Notes under the pieces: generated by a model
Databases searched by the model: none
Seen by the model: the letters and a program-made list of their open reading frames with translations, nothing else
Told to the model about the DNA's origin: nothing
Shown: in pieces, positions 1 through 14,814 of the stretch
How positions within the stretch are numbered: position 1 is the first letter of the stretch
Layout of the letters: each line of letters starts with the position of its first letter
NCBI GenBank assembly: GCA_964016885.1
Contig: OZ024744.1
Location: 100,378,001-100,442,000, forward strand
Source of the DNA: Eledone cirrhosa
Taxonomy: Eukaryota
Direction of reading: 5' to 3'
DNA: 64,000 nt
Program-made: the position numbers and the translations under genes

Positions 1-1398
1 TTTGTTTGTGTGTATACCTGTATTATAATGTGTCTGTCTGTCTGTCTGTGTCTGTCTGTGTGTATGTGTGTAGCTCAGAACTGTATGTATACTGGTATTT
101 TGTTTGTGTGTATACCTGTATTATAATGTGTGTGTGTCTGTGTCTGTCTGTGTGTATGTGTGTAGCTCAGAACTGTATGTATACTGGTATTTTGTTTGTG
201 TGTATACCTGTATTATAATGTGTGTTTGTCTGTGTCTGTCTGTGTGTATGTGTGTAGCTCAGAACTGTATGTATACTGGTATTTTGTTTGTGTGTATACC
301 TGTATTATAATGTGTGTGTCTGTCTGTCTGTCTGTGTGTATGTGTGTAGCTCAGAACTGTATGTATACTGGTATTTTGTTTGTGTGTATACCTGTATTAT
401 AATGTGTGTGTGTCTGTCTGTCTGTCTGTGTCTGTCTGTGTGTATGTGTGTAGCTCAGAACTGTATCTATACTGGTATTTTGTTTGTGTGTATACCTGTA
501 TTATAATGTGTGTGTCTGTCTGTCTGTCTGTGTGTATGTGTGTAGCTCAGAACTGTATGTATACTGGTATTTTGTTTGTGTGTATACCTGTATTATAATG
601 TGTCTGTCTGTCTGTTTGTCTGTGTCTGTCTGTGTGTATGTGTGTAGCTCAGAACTGTATGTATACTGGTATTTTGTTTGTGTGTATACCTGTATTATAA
701 TGTGTGTTTGTCTGTGTCTGTATGTGTGTATGTGTGTAGCTCAGAACTGTATGTATACTGGTATTTTGTTTGTGTGTATACCTGTATTATAATGTGTGTG
801 TCTGTCTGTCTGTCTGTGTGTATGTGTGTATGTGTGTAGCTCAGAACTGTATGTATACTGGTATTTTGTTTGTGTGTATACCTGTATTATAACGTGTGTG
901 TGTCTGTCTGTCTGTCTGTGTCTGTCTGTGTGTGTGTGTGTAGCTCAGAACTGTATGTATACTGGTATTTTGTTTGTGTGTATACCTGTATTATAATGTG
1001 TGTGTGTCTGTCTGTCTGTCTGTGTCTGTCTGTGTGTAAGTGTGTAGCTCAGAACTGTATCTATACTGGTATTTTGTTTGTGTGTATACCTGTATTATAA
1101 TGTGTCTGTCTGTCTGTCTGTCTGTGTGTATGTGTGTAGCTCAGAACTGTATGTATACTGGTATTTTGTTTGTGTGTATACCTGTATTATAATGTGTCTG
1201 TCTGTCTGTCTGTCAGTCTGTGTCTGTCTGAGTGTAGCTCAGAACTGTATGTATACTGGTATTTTGTTTGTGTGTATACCTGTATTATAATGTGTGTCTG
1301 TCTGTCTGTCTGTCTGTGTCTGTCTGTGTGTATGTGTGTAGCTCAGAACTGTATGTATACTGGTATTTTGTTTGTGTGTATACCTGTATTATAATGTG

Positions 1399-1429
<31 letters not shown>

Positions 1430-4400
1430 GTGTATGTGTGTAGCTCAGAACTGTATGTATACTGGTATTTTGTTTGTGTGTATACCTGTATTATAATGTG
1501 TGTGTCTGTCTGTGTCTGTCTGTGTCTGTCTGTGTGTATGTGTGTAGCTCAGAACTGTATGTATACTGGTATTTTGTTTGTGTGTATACCTGTATTATAA
1601 TGTGTGTGTCTGTCTGTCTGTCTGTGTGTGTCTGTGTGTATGTGTGTAGCTCAGAACTGTATGTATACTGGTATTTTGTTTGTGTGTATACCTGTATTAT
1701 AATGTGTGTGTCTGTCTGTCTGTCTGTGTCTGTCTGTCTGTCTGTGTGTATGTGTGTAGCTCAGAACTGTATGTATACTGGTATTTTGTTTGTGTGTATA
1801 CCTGTATTATAATGTGTGTGTCTGTCTGTCTGTCTGTGTCTGTCTGTGTGTATGTGTGTAGCTCAGAACTGTATGTATACTGGTATTTTGTTTGTGTGTA
1901 TACCTGTATTATAATGTGTGTGTCTGTCTGTCTGTCTGTCTGTGTCTGTCTGTGTGTATGTGTGTAGCTCAGAACTGTATGTATACTGGTATTTTGTTTG
2001 TGTGTATACCTGTATTATAATGTGTGTGTCTGTCTGTCTGCCTGTGTGTGTCTGTGTGTATGTGTGTAGCTCAGAACTGTATGTATACTGGTATTTTGTT
2101 TGTGTGTATACCTGTATTATAATGTGTGTGTCTGTCTGTCTGTGTCTGTGTGTATGTGTGTAGCTCAGAACTGTATGTATACTGGTATTTTGTTTGTGTG
2201 TATACCTGTATTATAATGTGTATCTGTCTGTCTGTCTGTCTGTGTCTGTCTGTGTGTATGTGTGTATGTGTGTAGCTCAGAACTGTATGTATACTTGTAT
2301 TTTGTTTGTGTGTATACTTGTATTATAATGTGTGTCTGTCTGTCTGTGTCTGTCTGTGTGTATGTGTGTAGCTCAGAACTGTATGTATACTGGTATTTTG
2401 TTTGTGTGTATACCTGTATTATAATGTGTGTGTCTGTCTGTCTGTCTGTCTGTGTCTTTCTGTGTGTATGTGTGTAGCTCAGAACTGTATGTATACTGGT
2501 ATTTTGTTTGTGTGTATACCTGTATTATAATGTGTGTGTGTCTGTCTGTCTGTCTGTGTCTGTCTGTGTGTATGTGTGTAGCTCAGAACTGTATGTATAC
2601 TGGTATTTTGTTTGTGTGTATACCTGTATTATAATGTGTGTATGTCTGTCTGTCTGTCTGTGTCTGTGTGTGTGTAGCTCAGAACTGTATGTATACTGGT
2701 ATTTTGTTTGTGTGTATACCTGTATTTTAATGTGTGTTTGTCTGTGTCTGTCTGTGTGTATGTGTGTAGCTCAGAACTGTATGTATACTGGTATTTTGTT
2801 TGTGTGTATACCTGTATTATAATGTGTGTCTGTCTGTCTGTCTGTCTGTCTGTGTTTATGTGTGTAGCTCAGAACTGTATGTATACTGGTATTTTGTTTG
2901 TGTGTATACCTGTATTATAATGTGTGTGTCTGTCTGTCTGTCTGTGTGTGTGTGTGTGTAGCTCAGAACTGTATGTATACTGGTATTTTGTTTGTATGTA
3001 TACCTGTATTATAATGTGTGTGTGTCTGTGTCTGTCTGTGTGTATGTGTGTAGCTCAGAACTGTATGTATACTGGTATTTTGTTTGTGTGTATACCTGTA
3101 TTATAATGTGTCTGTCTGTCTGTCTGTGTCTGTCTGTGTGTATGTGTGTAGCTCAGAACTGTATGTATACTGGTATTTTGTTTGTGTGTATACCTGTATT
3201 ATAATGTGTGTTTGTCTGTGTCTGTCTGTGTGTATGTGTGTAGCTCAGAACTGTATGTATACTGGTATTTTGTTTGTGTGTATACCTGTATTATAATGTG
3301 TGTGTCTGTCTGTCTGTCTGTGTCTGTCTGTGTGTATGTGTGTAGCTCAGAACTGTATGTATACTGGTATTTTGTTTGTGTGTATACCTGTATTATAATG
3401 TGTGTTTGTCTGTGTCTGTCTGTGTGTATGTGTGTAGCTCAGAACTGTATGTATACTGGTATTTTGTTTGTGTGTATACCTGTATTATAATGTGTGTTTG
3501 TCTGTGTCTGTCTGTGTGTATGTGTGTAGCTCAGAACTGTATGTATACTGGTATTTTGTTTGTGTGTATAGCTGTATTATAATGTGTGTGTCTGTCTGTC
3601 TGTCTGTGTCTGTCTGTGTGTATATGTGTAGCTCAGAACTGTATGTATACTGGTATTTTGTTTGTGTGTATACCTGTATTATAATGTGTGTTTGTCTGTG
3701 TCTGTCTGTGTTTATGTGTGTAGCTCAGAACTGTATGTATACTGGTATTTTGTTTGTGTGTATACCTGTATTATAATGTGTGTGTCTGTCTGTCTGTCTG
3801 TGTGTATGTGTGTAGCTCAGAACTGTATGTATACTGGTATTTTGTTTGTGTGTATACCTGTATTATAATGTGTGTGTCTGTCTGTCTGTGTCTGTGTGTA
3901 TGTGTGTAGCTCAGAACTGTATGTATACTGGTATTTTGTTTGTGTGTATACCTGTATTATAATGTGTGTCTGTCTGTCTGTCTGTCTGTGTCTGTCTGTG
4001 TGTATGTGTGTATGTGTGTAGCTCAGAACTGTATGTATACTGGTATTTTGTTTGTGTGTATACCTGTATTATAATGTGTGTCTGTCTGTCTGTCTGTCTG
4101 TGTCTGTCTGTGTGTATGTGTGTAGCTCAGAACTGTATGTATACTGGTATTTTGTTTGTGTGTATACCTGTATTATAATGTGTGTGTCTGTCTGTCTGTC
4201 TGTCTGTGTCTGTCTGTGTGTATGTGTGTAGCTCAGAACTGTATGTATACTGGTATTTTGTTTGTGTGTATACCTGTATTATAATGTGTGTGTGTCTGTC
4301 TGTCTGTCTGTGTCTGTCTGTGTGTATGTGTGTAGCTCAGAACTGTATGTATACTGGTATTTTTTTGTGTGTATACCTGTATTATAATGTGTGTATGTTT

Positions 4401-5001
4401 GTCTGTCTGTCTGTGTCTGTGTGTGTGTATGTGTGTAGCTCAGAACTGTATGTATACTGGTATTTTGTTTGTGTGTATACCTGTATTACAATGTGTGTGT
4501 GTCTGTCTGTCTGTCTGTCTGTGTCTGTCTGTGTGTATGTGTGTAGCTCAGAACTGTATGTATACTGGTATTTTGTTTGTGTGTATACCTGTATTATAAT
4601 GTGTGTGTCTGTCTGTCTGTCTGTCTGTGTCTGTCTGTGTGTATGTGTGTAGCTCAGAACTGTATGTATACTGGTATTTTGTTTGTGTGTATACCCGTAT
4701 TATAATGTGTGTCTGTCTGTCTGTCTGTCTGTGTCTGTCTGTGTGTATGTGTGTAGCACAGAACTGTATGTATACTGGTATTTTGTTTGTGTGTATACCT
4801 GTATTATAATGTGTGTCTGTCTGTCTGTCTGTCTGTGTGTATGTGTGTAGCTCAGAACTGTATGTATACTGGTATTTTGTTTGTGTGTATACCTGTATTA
4901 TAATGTGTGTCTGTCTGTCTGTCTGTCTGTGTGTATGTGTGTAGCTCAGAACTGTATGTATACTGGTATTTTGTTTGTGTGTATACCTGTATTACAATGT
5001 G

Positions 5002-5032
<31 letters not shown>

Positions 5033-6043
5033 GTGTGTGTGTGTAGCTCAGAACTGTATGTATACTGGTATTTTGTTTGTGTGTATACCTGTATTATAAT
5101 GTGTGTGCCTGTCTGTCTGTGTCTGTCTGTCTCTGTCTGTGTGTATGTGTGTAGCTCAGAACTGTATGTATACTGGTATTTTGTTTGTGTGTATACCTGT
5201 ATTATAATGTGTGTGTCTGTCTGTCTGTGTCTGTCTGTGTCTGTCTGTGTGTATGTGTGTAGCTCAGAACTGTATGTATACTGGTATTTTGTTTGTGTGT
5301 ATACCTGTATTATAATGTGTGTGTCTGTCTGTCTGTCTGTGTCTGTCTGTGTGTATGTGTGTAGCTCAGAACTGTATGTATACTGGTATTTTGTTTGTGT
5401 GTATACCTGTATTATAATGTGTGTGTGTCTGTCTGTCTGTGTCTGTCTGTGTCTGTCTGTGTGTATGTGTGTAGCTCAGAACTGTATGTATACTGGTATT
5501 TTGTTTGTGTGTATACCTGTATTATAATGTGTGTGTGTCTGTCTGTCTGTGTCTGTCTGTGTCTGTCTGTGTGTATGTGTGTAGCTCAGAACTGTATGTA
5601 TACTGGTATTTTGTTTGTGTGTATACCTGTATTATAATGTGTGTGTCTGTCTGTCTGTGTCTGTGTGTATGTGTGTAGCTCAGAACTGTATGTATACTGG
5701 TATTTTGTTTGTGTGTATACCTGTATTATAATGTGTGTGTCTGTCTGTCTGTCTGTGTCTGTCTGTGTGTATGTGTGTAGCTCAGAACTGTATGTATACT
5801 GGTATTTTGTTTGTGTGTATACCTGTATTATAATATGTGTGTGTCTGTCTGTCTGTGTCTGTCTGTGTCTGTCTGTGTGTATGTGTGTAGCTCAGAACTG
5901 TATGTATACTGGTATTTTGTTTGTGTGTATACCTGTATTATAATGTGTGTGTCTGTCTGTCTGTGTCTGTGTGTATGTGTGTAGCTCAGAACTGTATGTA
6001 TACTGGTATTTTGTTTGTGTGTATACCTGTATTATAATGTGTG

Positions 6044-6074
<31 letters not shown>

Positions 6075-9000
6075 GTGTATGTGTGTAGCTCAGAACTGTA
6101 TGTATACTGGTATTTTGTTTGTGTGTATACCTGTATTATAATGTGTGTCTGTCTGTCTGTCTGTCTGTGTCTGTCTGTGTGTATGTGTGTATGTGTGTAG
6201 CTCAGAACTGTATGTATACTGGTATTTTGTTTGTGTGTATACCTGTATTATAATGTGTGTCTGTCTGTCTGTCTGTCTGTGTCTGTCTGTGTGTATGTGT
6301 GTAGCTCAGAACTGTATGTATACTGGTATTTTGTTTGTGTGTATACCTGTATTATAATGTGTGTCTGTCTGTCTGTCTGTCTGTCTGTGTGTATGTGTGT
6401 AGCTCAGAACTGTATGTATACTGGTATTTTGTTTGTGTGTATACCTGTATTATAATGTGTGTGTCTGTCTGTCTGTCTGTGTCTGTCTGTGTGTATGTGT
6501 GTAGCTCAGAACTGTATGTATACTGGAATTTTGTTTGTGTGTATACCTGTATTATAATGTGTGTGTCTGTCTGTCTGTGTGTGTCTGTGTGTATGTGTGT
6601 AGCTCAGAACTGTATGTATACTGGTATTTTGTTTGTGTGTATACCTGTATTATAATGTGTGTGTCTGTCTGTCTGTGTCTGTGTGTATGTGTGTAGCTCA
6701 GAACTGTATGTATACTGGTATTTTGTTTGTGTGTATACCTGTATTATAATGTGTGTCTGTCTGTCTGTCTGTCTGTGTCTGTCTGTGTGTATGTGTGTAG
6801 CTCAGAACTGTATGTATACTGGTATTTTGTTTGTGTGTATACCTGTATTATAATGTGTGTCTGTCTGTCTGTCTGTCTGTGTCTGTCTGTGTGTATGTGT
6901 GTAGCTCAGAACTGTATGTATACTGGTATTTTGTTTGTGTGTGTACCTGTATTATAATGTGTGTGTCTGTCTGTCTGTCTGTCTGTGTCTGTCTGTGTGT
7001 ATGTGTGTAGCTCAGAACTGTATGTATACTGGTATTTTGTTTGTGTGTATACCTGTATTATAATGTGTGTATGTATGTCTGTCTGTCTGTGTCTGTGTGT
7101 GTGTAGCTCAGAACTGTATGTATACTGGTATTTTGTTTGTGTGTATACCTGTATTATAATGTGTGTCTGTCTGTCTGTCTGTCTGTCTGTGTTTATGTGT
7201 GTAGCTCAGAACTGTATGTATACTGGTATTTTGTTTGTGTGTATACCTGTATTATAATGTGTGTGTCTGTCTGTCTGTCTGTCTGTGTGTGTGTGTGTGT
7301 AGCTCAGAACTGTATGTATACTGGTATTTTGTTTGTATGTATACCTGTATTATAATGTGTGTGTGTCTGTGTCTGTCTGTGTGTATGTGTGTAGCTCAGA
7401 ACTGTATGTATACTGGTATTTTGTTTGTGTGTATACCTGTATTATAATGTGTCTGTCTGTCTGTCTGTGTGTATGTGTGTAGCTCAGAACTGTATGTATA
7501 CTGGTATTTTGTTTGTGTGTATACCTGTATTATAATGTGTCTGTCTGTCTGTCTGTGTCTGTCTGTGTGTATGTGTGTAGCTCAGAACTGTATGTATACT
7601 GGTATTTTGTTTGTATGTATACCTGTATTATAATGTGTGTGTGTCTGTGTCTGTCTGTGTGTATGTGTGTAGCTCAGAACTGTATGTATACTGGTATTTT
7701 GTTTGTGTGTATACCTGTATTATAATGTGTCTGTCTGTCTGTCTGTGTGTATGTGTGTAGCTCAGAACTGTATGTATACTGGTATTTTGTTTGTGTGTAT
7801 ACCTGTATTATAATGTGTGTGTGTCTGTGTCTGTGTGTGTGTATGTGTGTAGCTCAGAACTGTATGTATACTGGTATTTTGTTTGTGTGTATACCTGTAT
7901 TATAATGTGTGTTTGTCTGTGTCTGTCTGTGTGTATGTGTGTAGCTCAGAACTGTATGTATACTGGAATTTTGTTTGTGTGTATACCTGTATTATAATGT
8001 GTGTGTCTGTCTGTCTGTGTGTGTCTGTGTGTATGTGTGTAGCTCAGAACTGTATGTATACTGGTATTTTGTTTGTGTGTATACCTGTATTATAATGTGT
8101 GTGTCTGTCTGTCTGTGTCTGTGTGTATGTGTGTAGCTCAGAACTGTATGTATACTGGTATTTTGTTTGTGTGTATACCTGTATTATAATGTGTGTCTGT
8201 CTGTCTGTCTGTCTGTGTCTGTCTGTGTGTATGTGTGTAGCTCAGAACTGTATGTATACTGGTATTTTGTTTGTGTGTATACCTGTATTATAATGTGTGT
8301 CTGTCTGTCTGTCTGTGTCTGTCTGTGTGTATGTGTGTAGCTCAGAACTGTATGTATACTGGTATTTTGTTTGTGTGTATACCTGTATTATAATGTGTGT
8401 GTCTGTCTGTCTGTCTGTCTGTGTCTCTCTGTGTGTATGTGTGTAGCTCAGAACTGTATGTATACTGGTATTTTGTTTGTGTGTATACCTGTATTATAAT
8501 GTGTGTATGTCTGTCTGTCTGTCTGTGTCTGTGTGTGTGTAGCTCAGAACTGTATGTATACTGGTATTTTGTTTGTGTGTATACCTGTATTATAATGTGT
8601 GTTTGTCTGTGTCTGTCTGTGTGTATGTGTGTAGCTCAGAACTGTATGTATACTGGTATTTTGTTTGTGTGTATACCTGTATTATAATGTGTGTCTGTCT
8701 GTCTGTCTGTCTGTCTGTGTTTATGTGTGTAGCTCAGAACTGTATGTATACTGGTATTTTGTTTGTGTGTATACCTGTATTATAATGTGTGTGTCTGTCT
8801 GTCTGTCTGTGTGTGTGTGTGTGTAGCTCAGAACTGTATGTATACTGGTATTTTGTTTGTATGTATACCTGTATTATAATGTGTGTGTGTCTGTGTCTGT
8901 CTGTGTGTATGTGTGTAGCTCAGAACTGTATGTATACTGGTATTTTGTTTGTGTGTATACCTGTATTATAATGTGTCTGTCTGTCTGTCTGTGTCTGTCT

Positions 9001-11309
9001 GTGTGTATGTGTGTAGCTCAGAACTGTATGTATACTGGTATTTTGTTTGTGTGTATACCTGTATTATAATGTGTGTGTGTCTGTGTCTGTCTGTGTGTAT
9101 GTGTGTAGCTCAGAACTGTATGTATACTGGTATTTTGTTTGTGTGTATACCTGTATTATAATGTGTCTGTCTGTCTGTCTGTGTCTGTCTGTGTGTATGT
9201 GTGTAGCTCAGAACTGTATGTATACTGGTATTTTGTTTGTATGTATACCTGTATTATAATGTGTGTGTGTCTGTGTCTGTGTGTGTGTATGTGTGTAGCT
9301 CAGAACTGTATGTATACTGGTATTTTGTTTGTGTGTATACCTGTATTATAATGTGTCTGTCTGTCTGTCTGTGTCTGTCTGTGTGTATGTGTGTAGCTCA
9401 GAACTGTATGTATACTGGTATTTTGTTTGTGTGTATACCTGTATTATAATGTGTGTGTGTCTGTGTCTGTCTGTGTGTATGTGTGTAGCTCAGAACTGTA
9501 TGTATACTGGTATTTTGTTTGTGTGTATACCTGTATTATAATGTGTGTTTGTCTGTGTCTGTCTGTGTGTATGTGTGTAGCTCAGAACTGTATGTATACT
9601 GGTATTTTGTTTGTGTGTATACCTGTATTATAATGTGTGTGTCTGTCTGTCTGTCTGTGTGTATGTGTGTAGCTCAGAACTGTATGTATACTGGTATTTT
9701 GTTTGTGTGTATACCTGTATTATAATGTGTGTGTGTCTGTCTGTCTGTCTGTGTCTGTCTGTGTGTATGTGTGTAGCTCAGAACTGTATGTATACTGGTA
9801 TTTTGTTTGTGTGTATACCTGTATTATAATGTGTGTGTGTCTGTCTGTCTGTCTGTGTCTGTCTGTGTGTATGTGTGTAGCTCAGAACTGTATCTATACT
9901 GGTATTTTGTTTGTGTGTATACCTGTATTATAATGTGTGTGTCTGTCTGTCTGTCTGTGTGTATGTGTGTATGTGTGTAGCTCAGAACTGTATGTATACT
10001 GGTATTTTGTTTGTGTGTATACCTGTATTATAACGTGTGTGTGTCTGTCTGTCTGTCTGTGTCTGTCTGTGTGTGTGTGTGTAGCTCAGAACTGTATGTA
10101 TACTGGTATTTTGTTTGTGTGTATACCTGTATTATAATGTGTGTGTGTCTGTCTGTCTGTCTGTGTCTGTCTGTGTGTATGTGTGTAGCTCAGAACTGTA
10201 TCTATACTGGTATTTTGTTTGTGTGTATACCTGTATTATAATGTGTCTGTCTGTCTGTTTGTCTGTGTCTGTCTGTGTGTATGTGTGTAGCTCAGAACTG
10301 TATGTATACTGGTATTTTGTTTGTGTGTATACCTGTATTATAATGTGTCTGTCTGTCTGTCTGTGTGTATGTGTGTAGCTCAGAACTGTATGTATACTGG
10401 TATTTTGTTTGTGTGTATACCTGTATTATAATGTGTGTGTGTCTGTGTCTGTGTGTGTGTATGTGTGTAGCTCAGAACTGTATGTATACTGGTATTTTGT
10501 TTGTGTGTATACCTGTATTATAATGTGTGTTTGTCTGTGTCTGTCTGTGTGTATGTGTGTAGCTCAGAACTGTATGTATACTGGAATTTTGTTTGTGTGT
10601 ATACCTGTATTATAATGTGTGTGTCTGTCTGTCTGTGTGTGTCTGTGTGTATGTGTGTAGCTCAGAACTGTATGTATACTGGTATTTTGTTTGTGTGTAT
10701 ACCTGTATTATAATGTGTGTGTCTGTCTGTCTGTGTCTGTGTGTATGTGTGTAGCTCAGAACTGTATGTATACTGGTATTTTGTTTGTGTGTATACCTGT
10801 ATTATAATGTGTGTCTGTCTGTCTGTCTGTCTGTGTCTGTCTGTGTGTATGTGTGTAGCTCAGAACTGTATGTATACTGGTATTTTGTTTGTGTGTATAC
10901 CTGTATTATAATGTGTGTCTGTCTGTCTGTCTGTGTCTGTCTGTGTGTATGTGTATAGCTCAGAACTGTATGTATACTGGTATTTTGTTTGTGTGTATAC
11001 CTGTATTATAATGTGTGTGTCTGTCTGTCTGTCTGTCTGTGTCTCTCTGTGTGTATGTGTGTAGCTCAGAACTGTATGTATACTGGTATTTTGTTTGTGT
11101 GTATACCTGTATTATAATGTGTGTATGTCTGTCTGTCTGTCTGTGTCTGTGTGTGTGTAGCTCAGAACTGTATGTATACTGGTATTTTGTTTGTGTGTAT
11201 ACCTGTATTATAATGTGTGTTTGTCTGTGTCTGTCTGTGTGTATGTGTGTAGCTCAGAACTGTATGTATACTGGTATTTTGTTTGTGTGTATACCTGTAT
11301 TATAATGTG

Positions 11310-11348
<39 letters not shown>

Positions 11349-13530
11349 GTTTATGTGTGTAGCTCAGAACTGTATGTATACTGGTATTTTGTTTGTGTGT
11401 ATACCTGTATTATAATGTGTGTGTCTGTCTGTCTGTCTGTGTGTGTGTGTGTGTAGCTCAGAACTGTATGTATACTGGTATTTTGTTTGTATGTATACCT
11501 GTATTATAATGTGTGTGTGTCTGTGTCTGTCTGTGTGTATGTGTGTAGCTCAGAACTGTATGTATACTGGTATTTTGTTTGTGTGTATACCTGTATTATA
11601 ATGTGTCTGTCTGTCTGTCTGTGTCTGTCTGTGTGTATGTGTGTAGCTCAGAACTGTATGTATACTGGTATTTTGTTTGTGTGTATACCTGTATTATAAT
11701 GTGTGTGTGTCTGTGTCTGTCTGTGTGTATGTGTGTAGCTCAGAACTGTATGTATACTGGTATTTTGTTTGTGTGTATACCTGTATTATAATGTGTCTGT
11801 CTGTCTGTCTGTGTCTGTCTGTGTGTATGTGTGTAGCTCAGAACTGTATGTATACTGGTATTTTGTTTGTATGTATACCTGTATTATAATGTGTGTGTGT
11901 CTGTGTCTGTGTGTGTGTATGTGTGTAGCTCAGAACTGTATGTATACTGGTATTTTGTTTGTGTGTATACCTGTATTATAATGTGTCTGTCTGTCTGTCT
12001 GTGTCTGTCTGTGTGTATGTGTGTAGCTCAGAACTGTATGTATACTGGTATTTTGTTTGTGTGTATACCTGTATTATAATGTGTGTGTGTCTGTGTCTGT
12101 CTGTGTGTATGTGTGTAGCTCAGAACTGTATGTATACTGGTATTTTGTTTGTGTGTATACCTGTATTATAATGTGTGTTTGTCTGTGTCTGTCTGTGTGT
12201 ATGTGTGTAGCTCAGAACTGTATGTATACTGGTATTTTGTTTGTGTGTATACCTGTATTATAATGTGTGTGTCTGTCTGTCTGTCTGTGTGTATATGTGT
12301 AGCTCAGAACTGTATGTATACTGGTATTTTGTTTGTGTGTATACCTGTATTATAATGTGTGTGTGTCTGTCTGTCTGTGTGTATGTGTGTAGCTCAGAAC
12401 TGTATGTATACTGGTATTTTGTTTGTGTGTATACCTGTATTATAATGTGTGTGTGTCTGTCTGTCTGTCTGTGTCTGTCTGTGTGTATGTGTGTAGCTCA
12501 GAACTGTATCTATACTGGTATTTTGTTTGTGTGTATACCTGTATTATAATGTGTGTGTCTGTCTGTCTGTCTGTGTGTATGTGTGTATGTGTGTAGCTCA
12601 GAACTGTATGTATACTGGTATTTTGTTTGTGTGTATACCTGTATTATAACGTGTGTGTGTCTGTCTGTCTGTCTGTGTCTGTCTGTGTGTGTGTGTGTAG
12701 CTCAGAACTGTATGTATACTGGTATTTTGTTTGTGTGTATACCTGTATTATAATGTGTGTGTGTCTGTCTGTCTGTCTGTGTCTGTCTGTGTGTATGTGT
12801 GTAGCTCAGAACTGTATCTATACTGGTATTTTGTTTGTGTGTATACCTGTATTATAATGTGTCTGTCTGTCTGTTTGTCTGTGTCTGTCTGTGTGTATGT
12901 GTGTAGCTCAGAACTGTATGTATACTGGTATTTTGTTTGTGTGTATACCTGTATTATAATGTGTGTGTGTCTGTCTGTCTGTGTCTGTCTGTGTGTATGT
13001 GTGTAGCTCAGAACTGTATGTATACTGGTATTTTGTTTGTGTGTATACCTGTATTATAATGTCTGTCTGTCTGTCTGTCAGTCTGTGTCTGTCTGTGTGT
13101 ATGTGTGTATGTGTGTAGCTCAGAACTGTATGTATACTGGTATTTTGTTTGTGTGTATACCTGTATTATAATGTGTGTGTGTGTGTGTGTGTGTGTCTGT
13201 CTGTCTGTGTGTATGTGTGTAGCTCAGAACTGTATGTATACTGGTATTTTGTTTGTGTGTATACCTGTATTATAATGTGTGTGTCTGTCTGTCTGTCTGT
13301 GTCTGTCTGTGTGTATGTGTGTAGCTCAGAACTGTATGTATACTGGTATTTTGTTTGTGTGTATACCTGTATTATAACGTGTGTGTGTCTGTCTGTCTGT
13401 CTGTGTCTGTCTGTGTGTATGTGTGTAGCTCAGAACTGTATGTATACTGGTATTTTGTTTGTGTGTATACCTGTATTATAATGTGTGTGTCTGTCTGTCT
13501 GTCTGTGTGTATGTGTGTAGCTCAGAACTG
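1..13530. repeat. Tandem satellite, unit ~86-110 bp (mean ~98): invariant core GTGTGTAGCTCAGAACTGTATGTATACTGGTATTTTGTTTGTGTGTATACCTGTATTATAAT plus variable (GT)n/(GTCT)n; roughly 135-140 units, open at the window start
   Basis: Core recurs throughout; array stops at ...GCTCAGAACTG|CATGAG at 13530; ORF track shows the same peptides repeatedly. Confidence 0.98.
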
Positions 13531-13736
13531 CATGAGACTATGAGTGTAGACATTGCTAAAGATAGACAGTAATAGTAGAAGGTTATCTTTCCAATTGTCA
13601 CAGTCAAGTTATTTTACTTAGATATTTTTTGTTTGTCTGTTGGTGATCAATAAAGACTGTATGACTTTGGCTATGTGATTGATTAAGTATCATGTGTCTA
13701 TAGATGGCTGATAATACAGAAATTCTGGTTCGGAAA

Positions 13737-14490
13737 TAATTGTTTCTACTTTTGGCACAAGGCCAGCAATTATTCCAGTGTATTACTGGTATTTTATTTT
13801 ATCGACCCCCGTAAGGATGAGAGGCAAAATTAACCTCGGCAGGATTTGAACTCAGAACGTAAAGGGCCATGACTCTGTCCTGTAAAGGATGGTGTCTGAT
13901 GCTCTACCAATTCTGCCAAAATGATAGATTACTATTAATGTAGTCAATGGCATCAGACATGCTTTGCAGCATATAGTTACATCCCTTAACATTCTGAGTT
14001 CAAATCCCGCTGAGGTTAACTTTGCCTTCCATCCTTACGGGGTCGATAAAATAAAGTACCAGTAATGTACTGGGGGTTGATTTAATTGACTTTTCTCTCA
14101 CCTAAAACTGTTGGCCTTGTGCCTAAATCAAAAACCATTATTATAGTCAAGGACAGTGGATTGGCAGTATCGGTAGAGCGCCAGACATGCTGTGCAGCAT
14201 AGAGTTACAACCCTTTACGTAAAGGAGCATAACTTTATGCTGCAAAGCATGGTGTCTGACCCTCTACCGATACTGCCAATTCCCCGCCCCTTGGTTTGGA
14301 AATAATAGTTTCTACTTTTGGCACAAGGCCAGCAAATTACCCAGTACATTACTGGTACTTTATTTTATGACCCCCGTAACGATGAAAGGCAAAGTCAACC
14401 TCGGCGGGATTTGAACTCAGACCGTAAAGGGACGTAACTATGCTAGAAAGCATGGCGTCCGACCCTCTACCGATACTGCCAATTCACCAC
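13737..14490. mobile_element. Cluster of 3-4 full/partial copies of SINE family B (tRNA-like head, Nin/Deu-like central domain) in both orientations
   Basis: GAGTTCAAATCCCG B-box, ...GAGGTTAACTTTGCCTTCCATCCTTACGGGGTCGATAAAATAAAGTACCAG... and its reverse complement; tail GGCCTTGTGCC...AGAAACAATTATT. Domain name is from recall. Confidence 0.75.
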
Positions 14491-14814
14491 ACCTTGGTTT
14501 GGAAATAATGGCCTTGTGTAGTTTGTGGCTTCATATTTGAGGCACCTGTTGATTGGGCTTTACTGAGTTGATGGTTGAATTACCTTGACTGTCTTGAGGA
14601 TTTGGTAACATTGCAGGTGGTTAAGGTGGTTAAGGTATTGGATGCATGATAATAAGATTGAGGGTCCGATTCCTGAATTATGTGGTGTGTCGTGTTCATG
14701 AGCAAAATATTTCATTTTAAATTACACTTTCTACCAATGTTTTGCTACTAACAGATAGTATCAACAATGGCAAGACCAATGGAAATATTGTTTCCTTGGT
14801 CAAATCTGATAATT

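Noticed and set aside
1-13543. Dozens of Cys/Val-rich ORFs; superficially CRISPR-like constant repeat plus variable spacer
   Set aside because: Spacers are only GT/GTCT slippage variants, no unique spacers or cas genes, eukaryotic context
13640-13660. AATAAA after the satellite as poly(A) signal of a convergent gene
   Set aside because: No plus-strand exon evidence in the window; the hexamer is common in AT-rich DNA
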